64,000 nucleotides of DNA from Eledone cirrhosa (taxonomy: Eukaryota): NCBI GenBank assembly GCA_964016885.1, contig OZ024755.1:3224001-3288000 (forward strand), written 5' to 3'. Shown piece by piece: positions 12,336 to 27,110 of this stretch. The notes under the pieces were generated by a model. The model saw only the letters and a program-made list of their open reading frames with translations. It made no database searches and was not told where the DNA came from. Every line of letters starts with the position of its first letter. Positions within the stretch are counted from its first letter, which is position 1. A program made the translations under genes and the position numbers.

Positions 12336-15300
12336 ATTTAATCAACTTTCCCTTCACTTTCCTTCAAATTGCTGGCCTTGTGCCAAAAGTAGAAACAATT
12401 ATTGCTATGGTGGAATATCAGGGTTTTTAGAATATCGGAGTCTTTGTTCTGGTTCTGGGTTCTAATCCTGCCAAAACCAGCTTTACCTTCCATTCTTAGT
12501 ATCACCACCACTATCACCATCACACCACCACACCACCACTATCACCACCACTATCACCATCACACCACCACTATCACCATCACACCACCACACCACCACT
12601 ATCACCATCACACCACCACCACTATCACCATCACACCACCACCACTATCACCATCACACCACCACCACTATCACCATCACACCACCACCACTATCACCAT
12701 CACACCATCACACCACCACTATCACCATCACACCACCACCACTATCACCATCACACCACCACTATCACCATCACACCACCACACCACCACTATCACCATC
12801 ACACCACCACCACTATCACCATCACACCACCACCACTATCACCATCACACCACCACCACTATCACCATCACACCATCACACCACCACTATCATCATCACA
12901 CCACCACCACCACTATCACCATCACACCACCACTATCACCATCACACCACCACACCACCACTATCACCATCACACCACCACTATCACCATCACACCACCA
13001 CTATCACCATCACACCACCACACCACCACTATCACCACCACACCACCACTATCACCACCACACCACCACTATCACCACCACACCACCACTATCACCATCA
13101 CACCACCACTATCACCATCACACCACCACTATCACCATCACACTACCAATTCTACCATCACCACCACCACCACCACCACCACAACTACCATCACCACCAT
13201 CACCACCATCACCACCACCACAACTACCACCATCACCACCACCACAACTACCATCATCGCCATCACCATAACTCCATCATCAACATCACCATCATCACCA
13301 CCACAACTACCAATTCTATCAACACTACAACCATCATTTACATCATCACCATCACCATCACCATCATCACCAACATCAACATCATCATCGTTAATGACAT
13401 TGTCATCGTCGGTGTTTTAATATTCCTTTCATCTTTTTCGGTGTGAATTAAATGAAAGGAAAGAAATGAAAGAACAAACAAAAAGATTGTTCTTGTATTT
13501 CATTGGAAAATTCTATTTATATGAATGAATTAAATGTTTTTTAAAAGTTGGAGGGGGGGATATGAGACAGGAACAAAAACAATAGTGGTGGTAGTGGTGG
13601 TGATGGTGGTGATGGTGATGGTGATGATGGTGGTGATGGTGTTGATGGTGGTGGTGGTGATGGTGATGATGGTGATGGTGGTGGTGGTGGTGGTGGTGGT
13701 GGTGGTGATGCTGTAAACTAAGAGAGTTACATATAAAGGGATAATTGTTTCTCTCCTAACTTAGAAAATAGTTCAGAAAAGGAGTTTGTTTCATGCATGT
13801 ATAATTGATGTTGTTGTTGTTGTTGTTGTTGTGGTAGGGGTGGTGGGGTAGTAGAGGGTGTGTGGAGTAGGGGTGGGGGTTGAGGTGTGAACAAGTCATT
13901 TCTATATTACCAATGCTGTTGTTGTTGTTATAAAGGTCTTTGTGTCTAGTCAGTAGAAGTTGTTGTTGTTGTTGCCTTTAATCTTTCTGAAATATTTTAT
14001 TAATTCCTTCTATTCTCTCAGTTTCACCTTTCATTATTAAACAAAAAATAAAATAAAAATGTAAGAGAGAAAGGAAAGAAGAAAGAAAGAAAACCAATAA
14101 ATAACAACAACAAAAAACAAATATGATACAACAACAAACAAATAAATATACAAAAGTAAAACAAGTAAAAAAAACAACAAAACAACAGACAAAATTAAGC
14201 AAAACAAAGATAGTAATACTACTAATAATAATAAAATTAGGAAAGATGATATTACTGCAAAACAAACAAAAAACAAAATAAGACCCACATAAAAATCATC
14301 GGTCCCTTTCATTTTCTCTCCTTTGATGTATCTTTAATATTTTAAAGGAGGGTAGGGTTTGTTTGTGTCTCTTGTTAATAGCTCCTGCCCCACCTCACAC
14401 ACCTGTCTAACTCTCCCACCTCACACACACCTGTCTACCCCCCCCCCCCTCACATACCTGTCTAACTCTCTCACCTCACATACCTGTCTAACCCTCCCAC
14501 CACACACACCTGTCTACCCCCCCCCCAAAACCACACACACCTGTCTACCCCCCCCCCCAAAACCACCACCACACACCTGTCTACCCCCCCACCTCACACA
14601 CACCTGTCCACCATCATCACTTCAAACATACCTTTATACTGTTTGTCTGTTGTCTCTCTATAGTAGAATGGTTTATAGTTAAATCTGCTTCCTCCGCATC
14701 GCACCCCCCCCCCCCCCCCACACACACTGCACCTCCACCACCATCACCACACTGCATCCCCACCACTGTCACGTCACACTGCACCTCACTGCACTACACT
14801 GCACTACACTAGATAAATCAACACCAAATCACACAAGATTGAAATTGCATTGCAATTACAATATTATCATATGGTGTTTCATCATATTTTCCTTCCATAC
14901 ACCACTACACCACCACCACCACCACCTAACCACCACACCAGCACCACCACTACCTCACCACCACCACCACCACCACCTAACCACCACCACCACCACCACC
15001 TAACCACCACCACACCACCACCTCACAACCACACCTAACCACCACCACACCTCACCACCACCTCACAACCACAACCTCACAACCTCACAACCACCACCAC
15101 AACCTCACAACCACCACCACAACCTCACAACCACACCTAACCACCACCACACCTCACCACCACCTCACAACCACACCTAACCACCACCACTACCTCACCA
15201 CCATCACTGCCACACCTAACAACCACCACCATCACCCCCACATCACACCTCACCACCATCACTGCCACACCTAACAACCACCACCATCACCCCCACACCA

Positions 15301-15502
15301 CACCTCACCACCATCACCCCCACACCACACCTCACCGCCATCACCACCACACCTCACCATGGTCTGGTTTTGAAATTCTTATGAGTAGAGAATAATATAT
15401 TTACGAATTCACAACTCCATTACATAGTGACTTTTTACCAATTTCTGACGGTTTTGAAGGCCGTATACTAAAACATAAAAAAAAACAAATTACACATTGA
15501 AA

Positions 15503-16420
15503 TTGAAACTGGTGTAACATTCCCCTCCAAAGTGAAACTGGTGTAACATTCCCCTCCAAAGTGAAACTGGTGTAACATTCCCCTCCAAAGTGAAACAGGT
15601 GTAACATTCACCTCCAAAGTGAAACAGGTGTAACATTCACCACCAAAGTGAAACAGGTGTAACATTCACCTCCAAAGTGAAACAGGTGTAACATTCACCT
15701 CCAAAGTGAAACAGGTGTAACATTCACCTCCAAAGTGAAACAGGTGTAACATTCACCACCAAAGTGAAACAGGTGTAACATTCACCACCAAAGTGAAACA
15801 GGTGTAACATTCACCACCAAAGTGAAACAGGTGTAACATTCACCTCCAAAGTGAAACTGGTGTAATATTCACCACCAAAGTGAAACTGGTGTAACATTCA
15901 CCACCAAAGTGAAACAGGTGTAACATTCACCACCAAAGTGAAACAGGTGTAACATTCACCACCAAAGTGAAACAGGTGTAACATTCACCACCAAAGTGAA
16001 ACAGGTGTAACATTCACCACCAAAGTGAAACAGGTGTAACATTCACCACCAAAGTGAAACAGGTGTAACATTCACCACCAAAGTGAAACAGGTGTAACAT
16101 TCACCACCAAAGTGAAACAGGTGTAACATTCACCACCAAAGTGAAACAGGTGTAACATTCACCTCCAAAATGAAACTGGTGTAACATTCTCATCCAAAGT
16201 GAAACTGGTGTAACATTCACCTCCAAAGTGAAACAGGTGTAACATTCTCATCCAAAGTGAAACTGGTGTAACATTCCCCTCCAAAGTGAAACTGGTGTAA
16301 CATTCCCCTCCAAAGTGAAACTGGTGTAACATTCCCCTCCAAAGTGAAACTGGTGTAACATTCTCATCCAAAGTGAAACTGGTGTAACATTCACCTCCAA
16401 AGTGAAACTGGTGTAATATC
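15503..16420 (+). repeat. 29-bp minisatellite (aaagtgaaac[t/a]ggtgtaacattc[a/c]cc[t/a]cc), about 31 copies
   Basis: Direct head-to-tail copies without spacers. Confidence 0.95.
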
Positions 16421-16569
16421 CCTGAAGAAGGGCTAAAGTCCGACATGTCAAACTTTCTTTCCTCTTTTCCATATAAAGTGTGAAACTAATAAGACTTTTC
16501 ATGCCTCTGTTTGGGGAGTATCGTTAATTTAAAACACAACAAATTAGGGTCGATTGAGTAAAAATCACT

Positions 16570-17070
16570 TCCAAAGTGAAACTAGTATAACATTCCCCTC
16601 CAAAGTGAAACTGGTATAACATTCCCCTCCAAAGTGAAACTGGTATAACATTCCCCTCCAAAGTGAAACTGGTATAACATTCACCTCCAAAGTGAAACTG
16701 GTATAACATTCACCTCCAAAGTGAAACTGGTATAACATTCACCTCCAAAGTGAAACTGGTATAACATTCACCTCCAAAGTGAAACTGGTATAACATTCAC
16801 CTCCAAAGTGAAACTGGTATAACATTCACCTCCAAAGTGAAACTGGTATAACATTCACCTCCAAAGTGAAACTGGTATAACATTCACCTCCAAAGTGAAA
16901 CTGGTATAACATTCACCTCCAAAGTGAAACTGGTATAACATTCCTCTCCAAAGTGAAACTGGTATAACATTCCTCTCCAAAGTGAAACTGGTATAACATT
17001 CACCTCCAAAGTGAAACTGGTATAACATTCCTCTCCAAAGTGAAACTGGTATAACATTCCTCTCCAAAGT
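16570..17070 (+). repeat. Second array of the 29-bp minisatellite (ggtataac variant), about 17 copies
   Basis: Direct head-to-tail copies. Confidence 0.95.
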
Positions 17071-17073
17071 GTT

Positions 17074-17289
17074 TAAACCCTTTAGCATTCACATTACTCT
17101 ATATATATTGTTGTATTTTCATGGTAACAGCTTTATCTCATATAATATTGAATCTATGAGATTTTGATATTATTTATTTTGAGAACAATACCCTAACATT
17201 GGTATGAGCGGCCGGTTCCGACCGGTTTGAAGAGAAAGGGGTGAGAGAATTCTGGCCGGATATGGCCGGTTTAAATGCTAAAGGATTAA
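17074..17289 (+). mobile_element. piggyBac-like MITE, about 210 bp (TTAA-CCC...GGG-TTAA)
   Basis: Imperfect TIR aaccctttagcatt / aatgctaaagg.ttaa; copies at 21109-21328, 46534-46700, 47017-47244, 54978-55183 and 60572-60767. Confidence 0.75.
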
Positions 17290-19451
17290 GTTAGGTTTGA
17301 AACTATCTCACTATAACTAGTCAAGTGTTGTTATTGTTGCTATTGTTGTATAGAGTTGTTGTTGTTGTCAACTGGTAAAGTAAAACATTGTGTACAAACA
17401 GCAGGTCCTGGCCGACAAGATGGAGAAGACATGGGGGATGACCAGGGAGACACAACTAGGATGACCACCATGTGGTTGTTTGGCCTGTGGTTATATTGAC
17501 TTTTTAAATCATGCATGATTGTTTTAAAGAATAAGAGAAGACACTTTATCATAGCTATAGAATATTTGAATGACTGGATAGTCATGGATGGAGCAACTTT
17601 TTATTATAGATTTATATCAAGATCAATCAGGGTTGATATTGATCAAAATAACTAGATTTCTCTTCTCTACTTACATACACACCCTCTTTCTCTCTCCTTC
17701 ACTCTCTCTTTCTCTTCTCTCTCTCCTTCACTCTCTCTTTCTCTTCTCTCTCTCTTTCTCTTCTCTCTCTCTTTCTCTTCTCTCTCACTCTCTTTCTCTT
17801 CTCTCTCACTCTTCTCCATTCTCTATCTGTGTCTATCACTATCTCTCTCTAACTCTCTCCCTCTCTAACTCTGCCCACCTCACAACTCCTCCTCTCTACC
17901 TCTCTCTCTTTATATATATATATCCCTCTCCCCCTCTCACTCTCCCGTATCTCCCCATCTCCCCCTCCTATCCTTACTCATCACTACTCATCTCAACCAG
18001 CCTCCATTACAGATGTCCCAATCTAAAACCAGACAAAAGCCATCTTTTCTACAAAGACTTCAAAAGGAATCTAGCATCGTTGACTGTTGTTGCTGCTGTT
18101 GTTGTTGTTGCTGTTGTTGTTGCTGTTGCTGCTGTTGTTGTTGTTGTTGTTGTTGTAATGGTGATAGTTTTTGTTGATGTGACAGTAATAGCGATAATTC
18201 TAGTGGTGGTGGTGATGGTTGTGGTGGTAGTGGTGGTGGTGGTTGCTGTGGATGTAACAGTAGTGGTGGTTGTTGTGACAGTAGTGGTAGTAGTTCTAGT
18301 GGTGGTTAATAGAAATGAAAATGGCAGGTATAGGTTTGGAATGGTAAGATGTGATCGTGATAATTATTATTGTAGTGGTAGTAGTAGTGGTAGTAGTAGT
18401 GGTGGTAGTGGTAGTGGTGGTAGTAGTAGTAGTGGTAGTAGTAGTAGAAGTAGTAGTTATTGTTAGTGGTTTATGTTTGTGTGCTTATGTGCAGAGATGT
18501 TATAAAATAGATTATAAACATATTTCTCAGGGAGATTCAGCATGACACACTGTGTTACAAGACTGAACCTTTGAATTACAGATACAGTCCATCTTATAAT
18601 ATAGTGTAAGTGGCTGAGCATACCACAGACACATGAATTCCTTAACATAATTCTCAGGGAGATTCAGCATGACATGGTGTGTTACAAGACTGGACCTTTG
18701 AATTCCAGATACAGTCCATATGACAGCCTTCCACACAGTCTCTGTCTACCTAGTTTCACTCACAAGACAGGTCGACCCAAATCTATGTTAACTGACACAT
18801 GCCCGATATATCATACAATGGGATTGAACATGAGACCTTAAAGATAGCTAAGCCATGCTGTGGGATTGAACATGAAATCTTAAAGATAGCTAAGTGATAT
18901 TCTTTAAACATTCAGTTGTGTTGAACCCATGATGACACAAGGAAACTTTTACAACTACATTTAAAACATTGTTTGGCTGGCAAAGTTTCCTTCGTCTTCT
19001 CTCCCTCTATCTCTCTTTCCCTCTATCTCTCTCCCTCCCCCTCTATCTATCTCCCCCTCCCTACTCCCTACCCGACCCCCCTCTATCTATCTCCCTCTCC
19101 TTACTCCCTACCCGACCCCCCTCTCTATATCCACCCCATCTACCCCTCTCAACACCCTCTCTCTCACCCCCCCTCCCTCTATCTATCATCCTACCTGTAT
19201 GTCTCCATTATATCCCTTACATCAAATCACATTCTATCCCCCAATCTACCACAGCCCCTATAACTTGTTGGCGTCCCTTAAACTGTATTTTACACTTTCT
19301 CCTGTAATCAGAGTTTTATTTCTTCATTTTTGGTTCATGTTCTTTCTTTTCTGGTTTTATTTTATATTTTACAGTTCTTTCCTCAAATTAATCACGCATA
19401 CCTACACACACACATATATATATACACACACACTCACAGAGATACGCACAC

Positions 19452-19482
<31 letters not shown>

Positions 19483-19657
19483 TATATATATATATACACA
19501 CTCACACACACATATATATATATATACACTCACACACACACACACACACACATACATACACATACCTACACACACACATACATATATATATATACACACA
19601 CTCAGAGAGATACACACACATATATATATATATACACACACACACACATTCACACAC

Positions 19658-19708
<51 letters not shown>

Positions 19709-19778
19709 CACATACCTACACACATATGCTACACACACACACATTTATATATATATAAACATACATAAACATACATAC

Positions 19779-19837
<59 letters not shown>

Positions 19838-21808
19838 GCCACATGTATATATAGCCACATGTATAAAGCCACATGTAAGGATTGTAACAACATGGTTGTG
19901 GCGTCACTGCTGATGTTGTATCATTTGTATTATATCCTCCATTGAGTTTTACCATCTCAACAGGCCAACCTGCCGCCACCACCACCACCACCACCACCAC
20001 CAACAACAACAACAATACTACCACAATATCCAACACCACCACTACCACCACCACCACTACTACCACAATATCCAACACCACCATATCCACCACCACCACC
20101 AACAACAACAACAATAACAATACTACCACAATATCCAACTCCACCAACAACAACAACAACAATACTACCACAATATCCAACACCACCATATCCACCACCA
20201 CCACCAACAACAACAATACTACCACAATATCCAACACCACCATATCCACTACCACTACCACCACCACCACTACCACCACCACCACCACCACCACTACCAC
20301 CTCCACCACCGCCACCACCATCAGTAAACAACATCAGTCGCCTGCATGTCTGAAGTTACATAATGCAATATGAAAAGAAAGCAATCAGGTAACGCTGATG
20401 GGTTGTGGTGGGGGTTGTAGTTGTTGTGGTGGTGGTGCTAGTTGTGGTGGTGGTGGTGCTAGTTGTGGTTGTGGTGGTGGTGGTGGTGGTGGTGGTGGCG
20501 GTGGTTGTGGTGGTGGTGGTGGTGCTAGTTGTGGTGGTGCTGGTAGTTGTGGTGGTGGTGCTAGTTGTGGCGGTGGTTGTGGTGGTGGTGGTGCTAGTTG
20601 TGGTTGTGGTGGTGGTGCTGGTAGTTGTGGTGGTGGTGGTGGTGCTAGTTGTGGCGGTGGTTGTGGTGGTGGTGGTAGTAGTTATGTTTGTGGTGGTTGT
20701 GATCATAGTGGTATGTTTTCATTGACCTCAAAAGGATAAAAGTCAGGATTTGAACTGAGAGATCGGAGAGAGGGAAGAAATAGCACCAAACATTCTGTCT
20801 AACAAATCTACCAATTTGCTACCTATAACATTACTACTACTTAATATATGATCTGAGTTCAAATCTTGTTGAGGTTAACTTTGCCTTTCATCCTTACAGG
20901 ATCGATAAAATAAAGTACCAGTAATGCACTGGTTTACACTGGTTTATATACACCTGTATTGGCTTAGTTTTTCTGGCTGGTTGCCTTTCATAACACCAAC
21001 CATCTTATAGTGTGAACTGGGTGCTTTTTGTCATGACACCAAAACAACTAGATAACAGAATGAACTGGGTGCTTTTTGTCATATCACCAGCAGGACCACC
21101 TTAACACCTTAACACTTACATTACAATATATTTACTATTGTATTTCCACAATAAAGGATTTATCTCCCATAATATCTCACATAATATCGAATCTATGAGA
21201 TTTTGATATTATTTATTTTGAGAACAATACCTTAACATCAGTATGAGTGGCCAGTTACAGCTGGTTTGAACAGAAAGAGGTGAGAGAATTCTGGCCGGAC
21301 ATGGCCAGTTTAAATGCTGAAGGGTTAAGGAGTGTGTCCGGTACTTTTTGTATCATTCGCTGTGTTGTCTTCCATTTACTTTTCACACACACACACACAT
21401 ATATGTGAGTTCAATTCTCAGACCGGGTGATGTGTTGTTTCCTTGATCAAGACACTTTATTTCACATTGCTCCAGTTTACTCAGCTGTAGAAATGAGATG
21501 ATAGGGACTGGGGTCCCTATCATTCCACTGCAAAGTGGCCGTGGAGGTGCCACGGCAAAGAAGCACCCTGTCCACACTGTAAATGAGGTTGGTGTTAGGA
21601 AGGGCATCCAGCTGTAGAAATCAAGCCAGAATCAGTTCCCGTCCCACCCTTGCAAGCAGGGAAAAGCGGACGTAAAATGAAATGATGATGATGATATATA
21701 TATATATATATATATTAAAATAACAGATTAAGGTTTAAGCAAAGAATCGTTGCTTTCACCCTTAATATATATTTATCGTTATCGAGCCCTCTTTGGATTT
21801 TAGTCTTC

Positions 21809-21990
21809 ATGGCAGTATCGGTAGAGGGTCGGACGCCATGCTTTGACGTATAGAGTTACGACCCTTGCCATTCTGAGTTCAAATCCCGCCGAGGTTAACT
21901 TTGCCTTTCATCCTTACAGGGTCGATAAAATAAAGTACCAGTAATCCACTGGGTAATTGCTGGCCTTGTGCCAAAAGTAGAAACAATTAT
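21809..21990 (+). mobile_element. tRNA-derived SINE with Meta-type central domain
   Basis: A-box-like tggcagtatcggtaga, B-box gagttcaaatcc, then gcctttcatccttacagggtcgataaaataaagtaccag; more than 12 copies in the window. Confidence 0.85.
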
Positions 21991-22557
21991 TACTATATAT
22001 ATATATACTATGCTGATGAGATATATATATCTGCATCTAATATGGAAGGAACTCAATACCTGTCAAAGAGTTAACATATTTTAAATGCAATCATTAAACT
22101 ATTTTCTTGATGGCCAATGTATTTTCCTGCCAATCAATCATTTTTGAGTCACAATATAACTCAATGTCTGTTATGCCTGACAATAACAAACACTTGTCTA
22201 TATTATCACCAGGACTGATGAATGCCGTCAACAATTATTTAAGTCATTTAATGACACAAAAATGATGGATTACCATGAAACTTTAGTACCTGCTAACGAG
22301 ATAGTAAAATGATTTCATCTACACACACACATATATATATAAGACAAATGAACAATTACATCTGTACCTCATCAGCCACATGGTGGTGTGCAATTTCATG
22401 CATTAAGGTTGTATTGCACATGATTTTTACACTCTACTAATGTATTGAGTACCGTACTTACTTTGGTTACCCCCGATTGAACTCGAGACTCATATATATA
22501 TATATATGAGTGTGTGTGTGTATATATATATATATATAATATATATGTATGTATATA

Positions 22558-22739
<182 letters not shown>

Positions 22740-23329
22740 TATGTGTATATATATATATGTGTATATATATATATATATATAAATATATGTGTGTATATAT
22801 ATATATATATGTGTATATATATACATACACCCACATATATATGAAGGTGTTGAAACTGTGTGATATCTGACAGACAGCTGAAGATAAGAATCTCCTTGTT
22901 TACTTCAATTTTCAATTCGAGGTTTTCCTCCATCTTTTGTTTCTTTTTACTGTCCCTATATTTTTTAACCATCTATGTGTTATTTCCTTCATATATAGAT
23001 ATATCATTACTGCTATATGAAGTGTGGGGTATTGGTAGGGCATAGAGTTATGGTACTTTACACTCTGAGTTCAATTCCTGCCAAGGTACACGTTACCAGT
23101 AATGCACTGGGGTTGATTTAATCAACTTTCCCTCCCCCAAAATCAGAAACCAGTATTAATGCTATAGAATGAATCTTTACAAATCCTATAATGTTTTATA
23201 TCAATTGACACTCTTTTTTCTTTGATGATGCTTAGTAAATACACACTTTGCTGAAACAATGTGGCCATGTTGTAAGGATATGAATAAATCTAATTCTCTC
23301 CCTTTCTCTCTTATATATATATATATATA

Positions 23330-23450
23330 CTAGCAGAATGGCCCGGCGTTGCTCGGGATTCTACACATAGATTGGCATGTTTATCCCTCCTATCTGAAAC
23401 AGTTTCGTCGTATGTTCACCAATTGATGCAGAAGTCCTAATAAAAAGTGT
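23330..23450 (-). mobile_element. Helitron-like 3' terminus
   Basis: Minus strand cccgagcaacgccggg hairpin, then ccattctg-CTAG|t; left boundary clear, right boundary unknown. Confidence 0.55.
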
Positions 23451-24156
23451 TTTTTTGTGTGGTTGTATGTTTATGTTTGCATGAGTTAATCATGGTTATT
23501 TATATATGTGTATACATATGTGTATTTAAATGTGTGTGGCGTGTGTATGAATCTATCTGTCTAATTATCTATCTATTTCTCTGTGTTTGTATCTCTCTCT
23601 CTCTCCCTCCCTCCCTCCCCATATCTCCCGCTTTCTCTCTCCCCCATCTCACTCCCAATTCTCATCTCCCTTCCTTATTATCAATCTATCTATCTATCTG
23701 TGTTTGTATCTATAATGGAAAATGTCAAATGTGCCAAAATGTGTTTTTGAAGAATGAGAGAGATTGAGAGAGAGAAAGATTGAGAGAGATTAGAAGAAGA
23801 AGAGGTTGAGAGAGAGAGAGATTAGAAGAAGAAGAGGTTGAGAGAGAGAGAGATTAGAAGAAGAAGAGGTTGAGAGAGAGAGAGATTAGAAGAAGAAGAA
23901 CCTATTTAACATCTGTCCCAAAATGTCAAAATGGTGTTAGCTTCCTTTCAGGCATGATGTTACTGTTATTACCAAACAGAAACAAACAATGTTCTGCTGC
24001 CATTTTGGATTCATTACCAAAATGGGATTAGTCTTTAGATTTAGCCCTTCCAAATTCTAACACACTTTACAGAATCAATACACAAATAGAAATGGTTTTA
24101 TTATTATTATTATTGTTGTTAGAAAAATAAAGAAAACATTATTAGACCGTTGGACT

Positions 24157-24478
24157 GGCGGTGGATTGGCAGTATCGGTAGAGGGTCGGACGCCATGCTT
24201 TCCAACATAGTTACGTCCCTTTACAGTCTGAGTTCAAATCCTGCCGAGGTTAACTTTGCCTTTCATCCTTACGGGGTTGATAAAATAAAGTACCAGTAAT
24301 GTACTGGGTAATTGATGGCCTTGTGCCAAAAGTGGACTCCATTCTTTGCGACATGTTGTTACGGTTCTTTGTGGTCTGAGTTCAAATCCAGCGGAGGTTA
24401 GCTTTGCCTTTCATACTTACATGATCAACAAAATAAAGTACCAGTACCAGTAATGCACTGGGATCGATTTAATCGACT
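24157..24478 (+). mobile_element. Meta-type SINE, one full plus one partial tandem copy
   Basis: ggcggtggattggcagtatcggtagagggtcggacg...gagttcaaatcc...gcctttcatcc..., with the 3' part repeated. Confidence 0.85.
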
Positions 24479-25164
24479 GAAGGGCATCCAGCCTTAGAAA
24501 ACCTGCCAGAGACACTTCTGTACGTGTGAGACACAGTCTCCCGACCATTCCCACATCAAATCGAACAAAACCGTCTAACCCATGTTAGCATGGAAGATGG
24601 ACATTAAACGATGATGATGATGATATATATATATAAAATTTAAAGATACAAAGAAACTATATTTGAAAAATTGATGAAGTATATTTGACAGTGAAAGTGG
24701 GTTTTTAGTTGTTGTTGTATTGTTGTAGTAGTAGTAGTTGTGGTAGTTGTAGTAGTAGTTGTCGTAGAAGTAGTAGTTGTGGTAGTTGTAGTAGTTTTTG
24801 TTTAGCCCCTTTGATCATTTCATTTGTTCAGGGATATCTACCACTACATAATCTGAGGTATCCCTCTTGTTTATTTGAGTATGTGATCTGAGCCAGATTT
24901 AGCTGCTATTTCTAACATTGATCAACGATCGAGCACCTCATCCAGGGACTACCCACACAGAACTGCGCCGAAGACCCCACCACACACCACACATCCCACC
25001 ACCAAAACTTGGCCATATGCCTGTCAACTATATAAACACTACTTTCAGGTTGTCTAGTTTATAAGATATACAAATTCTTTCTATTTAGATTATTTTTAGA
25101 AATAACCATTCTCTTCTAATTCCAAACATATCTAAGAGAATCAATATTATTTTCTCTTGAAATA

Positions 25165-25457
25165 ATTGTTTCTACGTTTGACACAAGGCCAGCAATAACC
25201 CAGTGCATTACTGGTACTTTATTTTATCGACCCCGTAAGGATGAAAGGTAAAGTTAACCTCGGCGGGATTTGAACTCAGACCGCAAAGGGACGTAACTAT
25301 GCTGGAAAGAATGGCGTCCGATTTTCTCTTGAAATAATGGTCTCTTATTTAGACACAAGGCCTACAACTTTTTTTTTTTTATCCAGTACATTACTGGTAC
25401 TTTGTTATGGATCCCGTAAAGATGAAAGACAAAGCTAACCTCAGCAGGATTTGAACC
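25165..25457 (-). mobile_element. Meta-type SINE fragments (two)
   Basis: Reverse complement of the 21809 family. Confidence 0.8.
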
Positions 25458-26125
25458 TACCTATTAATAATGGTTTCTGATATAGGTACAAGGCCTACAA
25501 ATTTTTGTGAAGGACCACTACAATCACCACCACCACCACTACCATAACCACTACCATCACCACCACCACCACCATCATCTCACCACAATCACCACTACAA
25601 TCACCACCATCATCATCATCACCATCACAACTACCACCACTACCATCACCTCCACCATCACCACTACCATCACCATCATCACTACCACAACCACCACCAC
25701 CTCCACCATCACCACCACTACCATCACCATCACCACCATTACCACCACCACCACCACCACCACCACCATCACCACCACCACCATCATCATCACCACCACC
25801 ACCACCATCATCACCATCATCATCACCTCCACCATCACCACCACCATCATCACCACCACCATCATCACCACCATCATCACCAACATCATCATCACTGCTA
25901 TTTCATAACAAATGAAATTTATGAAAAGAAAGGTAGATTAAAAGACCCCCCCCCCTCTGTCTCTCCCCTCCCCTCCACCCCACCACCCCACCCCTCCAGA
26001 TAATTGTTGTACAATGTGGATTCGTTGTTTTCTAATTAATTAACATATTTTGCCTCTAACGATCTCTTGTTATACCAATGACTTGAGCGGCACAACAACT
26101 CCATCACTGGCGCCAGATGGACAAC

Positions 26126-26159
<34 letters not shown>

Positions 26160-26180
26160 GTGTGTGTATGTATATGTATG

Positions 26181-26219
<39 letters not shown>

Positions 26220-26345
26220 ATGTATATGTGTGTATATACATATATATATATATATCTATGTGTATGTATATACGTATGTATGTGTATGTATATATATGTG
26301 TATGTATGTATGTGTATGTATATATATATATGTATATATATATGT

Positions 26346-26385
<40 letters not shown>

Positions 26386-26488
26386 GTATATATGTATATA
26401 TATATATGTATATATATATATGTATATGTATATATGTATATATATATATGTATGTATGTATATGTATATATATATGTATGTATGTATG

Positions 26489-26519
<31 letters not shown>

Positions 26520-26874
26520 TATATATATATGTATAATATATATATATATGGACACAAACACATACACTCATACACATGCACACATATAGACACACACACA
26601 CACACACTTTTTCTTCTACATCTACTTTTCTATTGTCTTCCTTTCCTCCTTTCCTCTTCTTTTTCTTCTAATTCTTCTTATTTTTCTCCTTCTTCTTCTT
26701 CTCTCTCTCCCCTCCCCTGCCATCACTCTTGTTGTTGTTGTTGTACAATATCTAACAATGGTGGATGGTAATGTTGGTAGAGCAACAGACACCCTATTGT
26801 AACACTTAGTTATCTCATTTGACATTCTGAGTTCAAATCCTGCAGAGGTCAACTTCACCTTTCATCCCTCTGGT

Positions 26875-27110
26875 GTTGATAAAATAAAGTACCAGTAATA
26901 CACTGGGGTTGATAAAATAAAGTACCAGTAATACACTGGGGTTGATAAAATAAAGTACCAGTAATACACTGGGGTTGATAAAATAAAGTACCAGTAATAC
27001 ATTAGAGTTGTTACAATTTAGAACCAATAATGTACTAAGGCTTGATAGAATATAGTACCAGTAGTACACTGGGATTGATAAAATAATGTGCCAGTAATAC
27101 ACTGGGATCA
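26875..27110 (+). repeat. 33-bp tandem repeat of the SINE 3' segment
   Basis: gttgataaaataaagtaccagtaatacactggg x4 plus degenerate copies, continuous with a SINE head at about 26770-26875. Confidence 0.85.

Noticed and set aside
8757-13271. His/Thr/Pro/Gly-rich ORFs (e.g. GGGGCGY repeats, HHTT repeats) as beak, cuticle or mucin proteins
   Set aside because: Open in several frames on both strands because (CAC)n/(ACACC)n lack stops; no signal peptide or splice context.
16421-16452. Hammerhead CUGAAGA-A-GGGC uaaa GUCC-GACAUGUC as a functional ribozyme
   Set aside because: GAAA core is mutated and helix I is lost; counted only as a decayed relic.
15503-17070. 29-bp repeats as a CRISPR array
   Set aside because: Units are directly head-to-tail with no unique spacers, no cas genes, and the context is eukaryotic.
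24157-24250. tRNA genes at A/B-box-like sequences
   Set aside because: No cloverleaf; these are heads of multi-copy SINEs.
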